A DNA stretch of 61,458 nucleotides, filler included, from Hausera hauseri (taxonomy: Eukaryota): the NCBI GenBank assembly GCA_046269625.1. It is 11 parts of 11 records of this genome, joined end to end, with 100 filler letters (N's around TTAATTAATTAA, not from the genome) between each part and the next. Parts side by side here need not be neighbours in the genome. Positions count along the whole stretch, not along the records: positions 45,696 to 52,149 come from JBJURY010099653.1; positions 52,250 to 57,268 come from JBJURY010360042.1; positions 57,369 to 61,458 come from JBJURY010768874.1; 8 more parts are not named here. The stretch is one strand, 5' to 3'. Under the pieces are notes generated by a model, which made no database searches, had not been told where the DNA came from, and saw only the letters and a list, made by a program, of their open reading frames with translations. Position 1 is the stretch's first letter, and every line of letters begins with the position of its first letter. Both the position numbers and the translations under genes were made by a program. Shown one piece after another: positions 47,196 to 60,281 of the stretch.

Positions 47196-50100
47196 GTTGT
47201 GGGCGTGACCCAGAACCGGCATCTGTGTTGGGGCCTGCAGTACGAACTAACAAAGTTTTTCTGAGCGTTATGGATTACAAAATGTTGGAACACCGCCTGA
47301 CAAAGCTCAAACAGGACAATATAATCATATACCTGCCTACTGCGGTGGATGGATGGGAGGGAGACCTGAAGAAAGGTGCTGCTGATACATGTTAGCATTT
47401 TAGCTAGGCTACTTGTTGCTTCTGACGCTGGAGCCATGAACAACCTGTAGCATATCAGTACCTGCACGGTAATAAGGTCGGTCGTGTTTTGTTAAAAGAG
47501 GTGAGATATGATCTTATTTACATTAGAGCAGATGTAGAGTCCACCTAATGTCTAATCTCCCAGTGCTAGAGTTGATAGGGAGAATGAAGAGTTTACTACA
47601 GAGCAAATCCAACATGAAGCTTAAGTTAGTTTCCAATTCCAGCTTCCAACTCGGAAAATGACTTAAAGGCGATAACAACTAATTTTTCACTACCTCTAGC
47701 AAATATTCTCTTATTAGTGTAGTTTGAATAATGTAGTACTGGTTTGATGGATCTGGGTGTTGTAGTTTTTGAGCTAGAGCAGATTAATTATGCTAGAGGT
47801 AGTGAAGAAATAGTTGGATTCATCCTTTAATCATTTCCTGAATCGAAAACTAACTTTAGCTTTGTGAAACCAACCCACAAACATTCCTGAATGAACACTT
47901 TCATCCACCTTTGCTGGGATTACTGCAGCTTGATATGAGAGGACAAAGAAGGAAACAAAACTGCTCATGGAGGCTCAAAGGTCCACTGTGGAGCAGAGGT
48001 GTGTCCTGACCACCTCACAGCTCCATGTGACTCTCAGGTTTCTGTCAGCCCAGTGGTGACATCACATGAACAGAAGATGGAAAATGTGTCATTCTTCCAA
48101 ATGGGCAAAGTGGATACTACTTCCTGGTGAGTAAATATTGTTACTTACAACCTATGAACTAATGTGACAGATACTTGTAAACATTCATTAAAATAAACCA
48201 TATTTAACATTTCTTCTTCCAGGTCCAGCTGACAGCGAGGTGCTGGCGCTGCAGAGCTGAAGGCTGCTGATCTGGACACCAAAGAGCAGCTGGAGTTGGA
48301 CATTCCATCTGACAAAAACTTTACAGATGCTCACATGAAACGTCTCCTTAATTTATACTTTTCACACATACTTTCATCATCGGTAGATGAATTTGTGCAA
48401 ATAATATTTAGATCTGCCCCAAATACCTGAATCTCTTCAAAATACAGTAAGCAGATAAATGTTATGTGTTTTACATAAAGAAAACATAAAAAAACCCAGA
48501 ATGAAGCTAGAAGAAAAAATAAGTCTTCATTTTTGTTTTCCTTTAATTAAAAGCATAAAACTTAAAAATAAAGTAATTAAGACATAATCACACTGTACAA
48601 TACAGAGAAACATTATTTTCAATTTACATTTGTGTTTACAATTTAATAAAATGATGTAGTTATAAAATCTATTTTTCCTGTTTAGACTTCAGTCTGTTTA
48701 GTTATTCCTGTTTTTAGAAAATGGTCAAAAAATGAAGTCTTCTTAGTTTTCACTTAAAATCAGTTTAGCTCTTAAATTCACTAAGCCTGCACAGATCTTA
48801 CTGTTTCAGGAGGCAACCACAAAATACAACACTTGATGTGTTCTGACATTATTCACATTTCAACAGTTTTGCTGACCTGATCTTGGGATGTTTTAAACTG
48901 CTGAAGGCCCACTTTAGGTCACACTGTAACTTGTTCCAACTTATGAAAATTTAAAGACATCTACTCTGAAGATGAAACAAAACAAATCATCCAGAAGCTA
49001 TTTTACACGTGTCAATACCGTAATGCTACCAAAATAATAAAACAACTTATTTTTAATTTATACGTAAAAAAATCCCAAGATGTCTAAAATGATATAGTGT
49101 GACCGGGCCTTAAATGACCCGTGACAAAGTTCTGTTTTAGTTTAATCAGAGTCAGGATTTGGTCCAGAACAGGCAGAGTTAGTGAAACAGGAGTAAATGG
49201 TTGTAGGCAGGATACAAGTGTGTGAAACTCTGAATGAGTACAAGAGGGAGTCCACATCTGTCTCAGACAAACTGAGGCTCTTCATGTTTTTAAGTCTTTT
49301 CTCTCTGGCTTTTGACTCAGCTTGAAGTGCTGTTTTTACAGTTACCCTTGTTGGTTCTGGTTATTATGTACACCACTGTTAAACTGTGTTGTTTTAAAGT
49401 GTTTTATAAATAAAGCTGGCATGGAATAGTTGTGTTACTCCATCTTATCGCTGTGTTTGGGCATCACAGGTTGGCCTTGATGTTGATCACAGCTCCTCGT
49501 TCTCATCCACTGCGTCAGGCTCATCTGAAGGTAGCAATAAAACACAGGTATTAATGTTAGATTAAGATTGTTCCCTAGCAGTATAACATGTATCCTCCCA
49601 TCAACCTTTATTTATGAAGGACGCGATCCCCTATCTTTCAATCATTTACTGCTTTAAATTAGTTGAAAATAAATAGGAATTAAAATAAAAATATTTTTAA
49701 TGATTTAAAATCAGTGTTTATATTAAATGAAGTCATAAATCATCTAGGACCGCCACTGACTGAAATATTTTTTCACCCTGACTAAAATCTTTAGAAAACC
49801 TGGTGCACAGATACAGTAACATTTAGATTAACATAAAAGAAAAAAGTGCCACAGGACTTCTTCAACATGTTTAATACATGTCTTATGTTTCTCTGCCATA
49901 AACACGTATTTTAATTGCAGAGAAAATAGTATTAAATATGAATGAATTCTATAATGCAGTGCCCTTCAGACACTAAAATCATACCTGATATTCTGGTTGT
50001 TTTAACCCTTCTGAGGATGCAGCGTCTCTGCTCCGGTTGTTGGTTGAAGTCCAGACACAGTAAAGCTTTTCCTCCATGGGCCGTTTCACAGCAAAATGAA

Positions 50101-50570
50101 ATTAACCAACACGCAGCGTTTTGGAAGGTTTCTTCAGGCTCAGATTTTTTCAGCCATTCTTTCTAGTTCTTCGTCTGTAGGAAGGTGATGGAAATCATAC
50201 CATTTTTCACCGGAACACTTTTTTTGCGTTTTGGGTCCGTGTTCTAAACACCGTTGTAGCCACTGATTCAGTTTGAACAGAACAGCACGTACCTGAACTC
50301 TGCAAGGTCATAGTAGTTAACTGTGGTTGTTCAATAAAGCTAAATAAAACAAAAAAATAAGTATGTTCCGGCAAGCCTAATGCAAATTTCTTTCGAATAT
50401 ACTGCAGTCCGTTAACTTAGCTTACGGCTACTTCCGGTGTTTAGGACAAGAAGTTGTAGCCAGGAGAACAGTTTCAGGAAAACTAATGGATGTGCGAGGA
50501 TCAGCCAATGAGCGTGCAGGTCCAACCCACTGACGTTGATTGACAGACCAAGTCATTGTGCTGAAAAAAG
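47196..50570. mobile_element. Degenerate THAP-domain DNA transposon (ISL2EU/Harbinger-like), boundaries approximate
   Basis: Minus strand about 50060-50275 gives, across frameshifts, CLEHGP..KCS...FHHLPTDEE..EWLKNLSLKKPSKTLRVG*FHF (THAP). Plus strand about 47440-47490 AYQYLHGNKVGRV resembles the accessory-ORF N-terminus. Confidence 0.45.
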
Positions 50571-51242
50571 TCATTATGAAATAAATAAGCCATTGGGAAA
50601 AACGCCATTATGAAATAAAAACACCGTTATGAAATAAAAAAGGACTTTTTTAAAAAAGACATTTTGGAATAAAAACTGCTTGAATTAAATAAAATTTACA
50701 TAATTGATATAATTATTAAAATTAAATTATTTTAATTAAATTATAATTAAATTATTAAAATGTATATAATTATTAGTTATTGGGCACATGCACTTTTTTT
50801 TTTGTTAGGTCAAGTTCCAATAACCCACAAATTCCCCTGACTCCAACTCCCTGGCATGTAAGAGGACGTACAACCCCCATGTGGATTCAGATGTTGACAA
50901 GTATGGTAATAAAACAGAACATTTTGTGGTGCTTGTTTTAAACAACAAACTATTAACATCAAATTCTCCACAGAAACAATGTTTAAAAATGGAGTTTATA
51001 TGAAAGCAATGCATGCAGACAGCCCCACACACAAAAAATGCCTGTCATAAAACCAGAACTGATTTATGATGAATTAGGACATAGTGCAAAGGATTTTGTA
51101 ACTCATTCATAAATTATAATTATGAACATGGAGAGATATCTTCTTATCACCATCCTAAATAATAAACATTTAATGGATGACTCGCTGTTTCTTTGTAATC
51201 ATGAGTAGAATATTGGATTAGAAAGGATTTAACTGACTCACA

Positions 51243-51440
51243 TCAACTTAGTGATTAGTACCCTCGCTTGCTGACTGTATGGTCATGAGTTCAATCCCGG
51301 CTGTGATGGGATGCATTTTTTAAACCAAAGCTGCAGTATGGGTCCACCCAGCTCAAAAAATTTGGTATCTGAGAAATTCTCTCGGAAAGTGAAAGTGGCC
51401 TGGCATTATGCCAACAACATGACCCACTCATGTGGCGGTG
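51243..51440 (+). mobile_element. tRNA-derived SINE fragment
   Basis: A-box-like TTAGTGATTAG and B-box GAGTTCAATCCC, followed by GTCCACCCAGCT core-like segment. Confidence 0.5.
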
Positions 51441-51786
51441 TCAATTATGGAAAGGTAGCTCGAAAAAAACACTTGAACTGGTGATACAGGACAAAGATAC
51501 ATGCCATGAGCTGGTGGGTGACCGTTGATCTTTGACACCAGGTGAAAGAAGTGACGATGCTGATGTAAATAATATTCACACAGGGCCGTCTAAACCCCAT
51601 TATAAGCCATGAATAAGTTAAGGCATTGCGTGTCTTCTCCACTTCCACTCCCGCTCATTCAGGAGAGTCCAGAATGTAAAACCCGCTAGAATGGTTATAA
51701 CATCTGGGAAGCTGGCCCTCTGTGCCCCATGCTTTAAAACAGAACTGTTTATCTAATTACATTCCCCTTTTGTCACACGCGTTCTT

Positions 51787-51895
51787 GGAGGGTGATTGTG
51801 AATCTTGGTTGTGGAGGGTGGTTATGAATCTTGGTTGTATGGAGGGTGGTTATGAATCCTAGTGGTATGGAGGGTGGTTGTGACTCTTGGTTGTA
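51787..51895. repeat. Minisatellite, about 4 x 26-28 bp
   Basis: GGAGGGTGGTTATGAATCTTGGTTGT(AT) imperfect copies. Confidence 0.85.
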
Positions 51896-52149
51896 GTTAA
51901 TTTTCGACAGTCCTTCTGAATTAAGTTCTCAGGCTAATATGTACTTATACACAATACGTATACTTCTGTAAACAATGAGAAATGGTAGGTCTAGAAACAT
52001 CAACAAAAGGCTGATGTCTGGGAGACATGACACCCCCCCCCTTTCACCACCCAATCAATAGAATGTAAAAAGAAACTAGGAATGAATCACTTGACCGAAA
52101 GAGGTAACTTCTAATGATCATTTGATCATGCTTTGATTTGCTCGCTTCT

Positions 52150-52249
52150 NNNNNNNNNNNNNNNNNNNNNNNNNNNNNNNNNNNNNNNNNNNNTTAATTA
52201 ATTAANNNNNNNNNNNNNNNNNNNNNNNNNNNNNNNNNNNNNNNNNNNN
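52150..52249. other. Artificial contig spacer
   Basis: N44-TTAATTAATTAA-N44. Confidence 0.98.
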
Positions 52250-53172
52250 GGGAATATTTCAGGCTCATAAGTGCATGGTACATTCTCTGATAAACCGTAT
52301 AGATTAATTGATTGTTTGAGATAAACTGTTAGGTTTAATAGTCCGATAGAAGTTTTGGGTCCGTCGACCTCAAAACCTAAGCCTTTATTTGTCCTTGGAG
52401 CAATCTGTGGGTTGCTATAGTTTATTTGTATTTAATGTGTGTCTGTCGCTAGAAGGCACAGTAACCGACTTTCCGCTTAATTATTAGTAGTTTAGACAAA
52501 CGTACTTAGGGGACGTTATACCAAAAGTCTGTCCTGTTTTACAAATAAATTAATTACTATACTATAATTAGAGTTATATTATAAAAATAGTACGAATAAG
52601 AGAAAAGTTGAATGCTGTAAACTAATTTAGTGTTTCAAATAAACAATCAATCAAAATAATAAATAAAATGAAATTTGGAATAAATAACTCACAGCAGTCA
52701 TAAGCATTTCGTATCATCATAAGCATAAAGACTAATAATAGATCACAAATCAAAAAAATAAGTTAAGTTTGTGAAAAATAAAACTAGTAATTATACTAGT
52801 TCATGTGTGTGAAGATTTCACAGCAGTAAATTTTCAATTATATTTCATATCATAAAATTATAATAATTAATTAAACTGCATGAGAATAATTAATTAATTA
52901 AATTAAATAATTAGTTTACACAAACATGGAAATAATTAAGACATAAAATGAAAGAAATTGGAATACAAATTCCTAAAGTCAACAACAATGTTATTGTATT
53001 ATGACAATTTTGCTTCAATGGTGGACTGTTGTAAGTTTGCTTACTTTTGTTTCCTCAACATATTTTTATTGAAAACAAAAAATTAATAATATTTAAGTTT
53101 ATAAATATTTGTAGAATAAAGCGAATATTTGCAAAAAATGAAAGCATAAAAATAAATATAAATTTGAAACAT

Positions 53173-53985
53173 TTATTTAACACATGTAAAAAATTCATCT
53201 GATAAAATTTCTGAAAATGATATTCTTGAACATGGATTCTTCTTCAAACATTTTCTAATCAATCGTTCTGCGGGTTTCGTACAAAATCTTAATCCCGGTA
53301 TTTGACCTTTCAATGTATCTTCTTTTGAATCGAACACCATCACCCCTTCTATGCAGGTGAACATCAAACAACCAAATGAAAATACTTGGCTTTTTTGTAC
53401 GTCATACTCTTGTCTCATTAAGATTTCAGGACTTATGTAACCCATAGATCCTGTATGTCGGCTATCTCTCGGAGTCTGTGTATTCACATTGTAATAACTG
53501 TCTTCAAAATCAATGAGCTTGATATCAAAAGATTTTTGATTTACCATTACATTTTCTGGTTTAATATCCATATGATACACCCCTTTGGATGAAAGTTCTT
53601 CAATACTTTCAATAACGTTTCTAAAAATTGTTCTCAACACGTCAATTGGTCTCTGAGTTTCCGTATATTCAAACAGATCAATCCAGTCGTCACTCAAGTG
53701 TTCCATGACAACATGAAATTCTTCTTTGTTTTGGAAAGTATCGAGAACCTTTGGACAGAATTTGCTATCTTGAAATATTCGAAGAAAATGCAGTTCTTTT
53801 GGAATCGGATAAGGAAATTCATCGATTTCTGTAAAACTATTTTTGTGATATTTTTCAAAAACCTTCACAAATGTAGTTTGATGAGATGTATTGCGATTAG
53901 TTTTGTTTCGGGCAATGTAATTCAAGTTCTTGTTTCGAGTATCGAAATCACATATTGGTTCGTATAACTGATGACGCATTGTCAT
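53173..53985 (-). CDS. Ser/Thr protein kinase, PIM-like, single exon
   Basis: FVKVF, IPKELHFL, DLFEY, YHMDIKPENVMV, KLIDFE, GSMGYISPE, VFSFGCLMF, LIRKCLKKNPCSRI. Confidence 0.85.
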   Translation of the reverse strand: MTMRHQLYEPICDFDTRNKNLNYIARNKTNRNTSHQTTFVKVFEKYHKNSFTEIDEFPYPIPKELHFLRIFQDSKFCPKVLDTFQNKEEFHVVMEHLSDDWIDLFEYTETQRPIDVLRTIFRNVIESIEELSSKGVYHMDIKPENVMVNQKSFDIKLIDFEDSYYNVNTQTPRDSRHTGSMGYISPEILMRQEYDVQKSQVFSFGCLMFTCIEGVMVFDSKEDTLKGQIPGLRFCTKPAERLIRKCLKKNPCSRISFSEILSDEFFTCVK

Positions 53986-54419
53986 TGTTTATGATGCTTC
54001 TTTGAATGTGGATTTGCGTGAAATGGAAATTATTTTTTGGATAAATTTATTTATTTTCAAATTTGTTGGATGTTGAAATTGTAATTGTTTTCTTATTGCA
54101 TCGTGTAATTGTTGGACAATTTTATCATTATTTACATTAGCATGAAATCCGTGATAACTTTGGATTTTTGAAAACCCATTTCTCTCATTTATGCGTTCTT
54201 AAAGTAACTTTGTTGATAAACTGTATTTTTCTTGAACATCATATTGAAACTGGCACTAATTACTAGTTTTTCCAACGTTATAAAATATTTAAAATATTTA
54301 ATTTTACTTCATTTACTTTCATGTTTCTACCCTATACTTCTAAATGCATATTTTGATGATATTCTGTATAGTTAGGTAATTTTGTATGCTGAATAAAAAT
54401 TTAAATTATTTTTATCTTA

Positions 54420-57268
54420 TGCAAATGCTGAAAAGAAGGACACACAAGCAGGCAGTGTTCCGGAAGAAAACCAATAAGATACTACGGATGTGGTCAGCTA
54501 CGGCACATCAAACGAAATTGTACAAACCTTAGTTGTGCAAGATGTCACTATAGGGAACATACCGAAAAGGAATGCTACACCAGGCTGCAGGGGAAAATAA
54601 AACTAGGATGGGATGCATACTACGTCTAAAGAAGTTACGGGGATCATCTGAACAGAAGACGGGGGAAGTCGCAAACGCAGAGGAAGAAGAAACAGAATCG
54701 GAACAGGAGTCAGTTGCACCAAAATGCAGAGCATCGATATATGTGAAGCAAATCGGGGTACTACAATAGATTGAGTCTCCAAAAATATCGTTATGTATAA
54801 TAGTAGTAGTATATCAAACAGTATAGATGGATCAAGAAGAAAGGGACATTGAGATATCTTGATGGATAAAAGGACGCAGGAAAAAGTACGGAAATATGTG
54901 AAAACGGAAAATTTCCAGGAAGTATCCTTCAACGGAATGGAGGAGAGTGGGTACGATACGCAGATCTTCACTCTAGAAGAATTGTATGTCGAACGGATAT
55001 CATACAGAAAGTTTAATTGACGACCAGGACTCAAATTAAAGATACAAGATAGATGGGAAGATTGTTATTGAACAAGAGTCCAGGGTAAATATCATAAGCA
55101 AGAAAACCGTGGATAAACTTGCAAATACACACAGAGAAATCTAATACCACACTACGATGTGCGAATAATAGCCCCTTAGATTACCTGGTCAACTGACAAC
55201 ACACGTAGAAATCAATGGACTAAGGAGACGCTAAACATTCCTGGTAGTGTCGGAATTACGTCCAGAAATAATAGGTGGTATTGACCTGCAAAAGGCATTC
55301 AGAATAGAACTGGAGTAGAAAGGCATGGAAACGGAAACATTACAACAAGACATATGCAACTTGAAAGGCAAGTTCAGCCGTAATGTGACTAACCAAGAAC
55401 TGGTCAACAGGGCGAAGGAAGTTTTCAGGTGAGTGATAACAAAGAGCTACTCAACATTATACAGAAATACCCAGAGGTATACATGGCCAACAATTGGGAC
55501 ATAGGGTGCACACCTCTCATCAAACACCGAATAGACACGACAGGAGCGCCGATTAATATCAAACCTCACAGGCAACCAGTAAATCTAGAGAAAAATATTA
55601 ACGAGTCCATCCGAAACCTATGGGAAAACAACATTTTCAAGCCATGTAACTCACCATGGAATACGTCAATGATATCCGTATGAAAGAAAGACAAAACGAT
55701 GTCAGAATATGCCTGGACTTCAGACAACTGAATCTCATAACGGAACGGCAGGCTTTCCCATGCCGAACGTGGTAGAGATATTGGACAAGTTATGCGGGAC
55801 CAAATTTTTTACGTTAATCGACCTAGTGAATGCATACTACTAAGTCGAGCTACAGGAAGACTCCAAATTAAAGACGGCGTTTTCAACAAAATTAAGCCAG
55901 TTCTGTTTCAAAAGGATACCATTCGGTATAGCAGCAGCGCGGGGCACCTTACAAGTATTAATGAATAAAGTACTAGGGGACATTGAATAAACAGTGGCAT
56001 ACCTAGATGATATACTAATCGTTTCTAAGACTCTAGAAGAGAATTATAGGATACTATAAAAGGTATTGCAGCAGATCAGGGAAGCAGGTCACAGAGTATA
56101 CCCCGAGAGAACCAAGAAGTAGAATTTTTAAGGCATATAGTGAATGAAAAGGGGATGCAGACAGACCCATCAAAACTGGAAGCAATTAAGTCCTTTGAGA
56201 AACTAAAATGTGTCAAGAATTTGTGAAGCTTCTTAGGGATCTGCAACTATTACAGAAGATTTATCCGAGGTTACGGAGCAAAAACCAAGACATTAGAGCA
56301 ACTATGCGGATTGAATAACAAGAAACTAATGTGGACCAAGCAATATAACGAGGCCTTTGAGTCAATGATGAGAGCCTTAGCCACACCGCCAATACTAAGT
56401 TTCCATGATATCAAAAGAGAATTTATCTTCGATCTGCACGCAAGCTTCGACACAATTGGAGCGGTACTGTCACACAAGGATAGCTTTGGCGCGAAAAAGT
56501 GACTGCGTACGGATCACACGCAATGATCAACCATAAAAATGATTTTGTATAACTCGGAAGGAACTGCTGGCCATGTATTATTTCTGCCAACATTTCAACC
56601 ATTACCTATACGGTAAAGGGTTCACGTTGAGAATGGAGCACAACCCAATAATGTTCATGGTAAAGACAAAATAGCCGATAACAGCCCAACTTCAGACATG
56701 GATCAACTACCTATCCAATCTAGACATCATCCCGAAGTACAGAAAAAGCACAGATCATGCGAATACAGATATTCTATTCCGCATGCCTTTGAAACATGCA
56801 GCCAGTGTCTACAAAAACATGACGATGCCAAAATGCAGAAAAGCAAGACTCGGAGGATAAACGTCGTTGATACAGCAGAAATACACCAATACCAGAAGGA
56901 CAGTAGGGAAATCAAAGAAATAAAAGAAACCATTGTCCGAAGGAAACAAAGACGATTTATAACAGAAGACGAAATAATAAAAGAACAAACAGGTAAGATT
57001 CGGATACCCACGAACAGACGAGTAGAAATGATAACGCATAACCATGTCATGCCGTCTCACGCACGACCAGAAAAGATAATAAAATACATTGACAGTAACC
57101 ATGACATGGACTACCTATGAGAAGCAATCCGGACAGTAGTTCGACATTGCGAAGCTTGTCAGCGAAGCAAAACCTTGACAACGAGCACGAGGGAAGAAAC
57201 AGTGAACCTATCAGCAAACGAGCCATTCGAGAAAATATACATAGATATCTGTGGACCAATAAAGGAGA
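54420..57268 (+). mobile_element. Ty3/Gypsy element (gag knuckles, RT, RNase H, integrase start), highly degenerate
   Basis: YGCGQLRHIKRNC..CARCHYREHTEREC; IKHRIDT, SPWNT, CLDFRQLN, IPFGIA, YLDDILI, FLGICNYYRRFI, HASFDTIGAVLSH, HNHVMPSH...CEACQ. Confidence 0.85.
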
Positions 57269-57368
57269 NNNNNNNNNNNNNNNNNNNNNNNNNNNNNNNN
57301 NNNNNNNNNNNNTTAATTAATTAANNNNNNNNNNNNNNNNNNNNNNNNNNNNNNNNNNNNNNNNNNNN
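57269..57368. other. Artificial contig spacer
   Basis: N44-TTAATTAATTAA-N44. Confidence 0.98.
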
Positions 57369-59654
57369 AATGACGATTTCAATATGTCTTTGTATCGCTT
57401 CTTTTGGTCTCCTGTTTTTCGGTTGCCTGTCTGCAGATCCCCAAACAGAAGCTGCTTTGGGATATGACTGTCAATCATAGTAACTAATTAACAACTTAGT
57501 CATGGATTGTGGATTTGTTCTTTTTTATTATGAATATTTAAAAAGGTATAATTGTTGGACATGGTGATATCACACCGCCAAATACCACTCTGAATGGAAA
57601 TAAACTTGAAACTGTTAGATTTAATTACCCGTGTTCAATTAACTGAAATGCAATGTTTAGAAAGGGAGGTTAATACATGATTTGGAAAGGCGGGTACAAC
57701 TTTTGGAATGGAATAATACAAAGCTAGAGCTCAAGACTAAAACTTATTTACCATGCCTGCGTTCTCGCACTCATCAGATTACAGAATACACCGACGAATA
57801 CAGAAGTGCTACATCGTGTCAAGCTGTCATCTCTCATGGCATTACTTCGCAACGGAATGCTTAGATTGTTGCAAAATATTAGTTAAAACATGACAACCAC
57901 GTTCCCAGACAAATTTTATTTGGTGAATTTTCAGAGGGGATAAGGTCAAGAGGGTGACCAAAGGTGAGATAAATATCTGTAAATTAACAGTCAAGGACAA
58001 TCTCATTGCTAATAATGATGTACTCTGAGCGGAGCATGTCTGGGAATGTCTCTTATGCCGTTATACTGGCATGGCTCGTGTTGAACCTCCGATCTACACG
58101 TGTAAATCATAGAGTCACTACTACGGCTGGACATTGTTTTACAAGATTTCTACTTCACAATGTTCTGAAGTATGTTGGTGTATCATTTGCGTTGTCTTAA
58201 TTTTGCTAATGTGTTAAATAATGGTCCACCTTAGCCGAGTGGTTATTGGACTTGCCTGCTGGCCAAAGAACTGCAGGTTCACTTAGCCTGAAACAGGTAC
58301 CACGGTTAAACATAATAAGCAAATGCGGCGAGAAAGTTGGTGAAGTCCCTTCTCAAAAAGCCGAAGCCTAGAAAATTGAACGGACATAACAATTCGTCAT
58401 TCGTTAATGTCATTGAAGTGGTTTGTTAAAATGTGTTAAATTGCGTTAGCTGCAATTGCTATGTCATTTCCTGTACACTAAATTTTTGAAAAATTAAACG
58501 ATGAAGAACAACGTCTCGTCGTTGATAAATTAGTTTTATGTTTGGCACTGTTTACGGTGAGATGATAATCGCATCCTAGCCGATCAAACTGAGCTATTTC
58601 ATTTTGTGGTTTAGTTTAAGGTATTTACAGATCGTCAGAATCCAGTAAGTACAATCCGATTTTTTTTCTATTCTGCCACTAGAAGACGTAACCAAGAACA
58701 AGAACTCAGGAGAATCTGAGTATTAAACATATTTTAAAGCAATCATTTCTCAACTAGGCATAAACAAAGAGAAAACATGACAAACTAGAAAGGAGACAGT
58801 AGACACGAAATGCAAATAAAACTTAGATTTAGACACACTGACGCTAGAAAACAAACACAGACTTTTGCGGGTAAAGAATTATACCTTATTTGAGATATCC
58901 AAAAAAAAAAGTCAGCTAGCTAAAACAAAAAATGCACGACAGAAACAAATAATACTTTACCTGAATATCCCAGTTCTATCCATAGCCAGTGCGATAATAT
59001 GAGAAAAAAAAGATATATATATATAAACATTCATGCATTGATTGTTATCATTTTGATTGAAAAGAAAAAACTAAGACAAGAGAAGAAAAAAGAAATCAAA
59101 ACAAATAGAAAATAGAAGACCAGAAACAAAATGAATGTTCACATTTCTATATTCGTACTTTTATGGAATGTCAGAGGTATGATTGAGAGATTTTACGGTA
59201 ACGGTACAGAGAATAAATGTCCATCCATATGTGATGTTTATGATGGATGATACACGTACAAATTATGATCATATGCATTGATGAAACAGGAGTATGTCGG
59301 ACGAATAGACATAAATATTCGACTGCCTTGATCAGTCAATGATGAGGATAAATCGATGAAAAAGCCATTGGTTTAAATGAATTCATATTGAAGGGATGGA
59401 CATTGTAGGGAGCTATAACTTTAGTTAAAGAACAGTCTTAGTTTCGGGTGAAATGTTAAAAGATAAAAGGAGGTGAATTGAAACGACAAAGTTTTGTAGG
59501 TAATATACATCGAATATTTATGTAGATGAAGGAACATTATACATAATGATATGAAGGCAACATAATTATGTAGAACGCGAGACATAAGAGAACTCACTTA
59601 AGGAGGGAGGATAAAGCGGTGTGTCAGGGGTAAATTCTCTCACGGTTACTGTTG

Positions 59655-59975
59655 GGAGCTCAATGGTCTCGAGGTGGGATCTCCGCCTTCGAGTGTTAGA
59701 GGTACTGGGTTTAAATCCCGCTGGAAGCATTTGGGGATTTTTTTCCTCTGGATCTTCTAGTAATAAATTCCCCTGATCTCTCGGTAGTCAGATTGAACAC
59801 CCGTCTACATTGTCGTGCACGGCACGTTAAATGTCCCTTGACAGTTTAAAATCAAAAAATAGTAGGAGTAACTGCCGTTCTCCTAAAAAACTTTAAAGAC
59901 AAATCAACTCTCAAGGCAGAAATGTAAAAAGGCAATACTGCCTTTTTCTCGACCATGTTAAAAAAAAAAAAACAC
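59655..59975 (+). mobile_element. tRNA-derived SINE with A-rich tail
   Basis: A-box TGGTCTCGAGG, B-box GGTTTAAATCCC, internal CGGCACGTTAAA motif, poly(A) near 59960. Confidence 0.55.
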
Positions 59976-60281
59976 TTCTTGATGAAGTCTACACCGTAAC
60001 AACGTAACCTGAATGAGTGAATGTATCTTTATTTAAACGGGGTTGAGAAACTGGCACTTAGCCTTTTTACATTTATGCCCTAGACAGCAAACATAATAAT
60101 TCAAATGAACATTATATGAATAAAATAAACAGTGAAATTAAGTAAACGAGTTCATACGTTTAAAATACATGCAGATACTCTCAACTCACACACACAGAAT
60201 AGATGAATGCATATGGGCTCGAGCCATCATATACTCTGTTGGCTGTCTGTAACCTACGTCTACCTTATCTGGCTCACATAA

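Noticed and set aside
47196-47467. N-terminal 90 aa of the 607-aa ORF as a protocadherin leader
   Set aside because: No signal peptide or cadherin motifs; chance read-through into inserted DNA.
1-57268. RIP/APOBEC-like hypermutation or an alternative genetic code explaining in-frame stops
   Set aside because: Stops are of all three types, replace different residues (Q, W, S, E, R) and co-occur with frameshifts, consistent with ordinary decay; not quantifiable by eye.
4023-57368. Recurring TTAATTAATTAA flanked by Ns as a biological repeat, CRISPR-like array or piggyBac TTAA site
   Set aside because: It is an identical 100-nt artificial spacer with six-frame stops, i.e. an assembly artefact.
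58225-58300. tRNA gene
   Set aside because: A-box-like TAGCCGAGTGG is present but the B-box and acceptor stem are degenerate; more likely a SINE head remnant.
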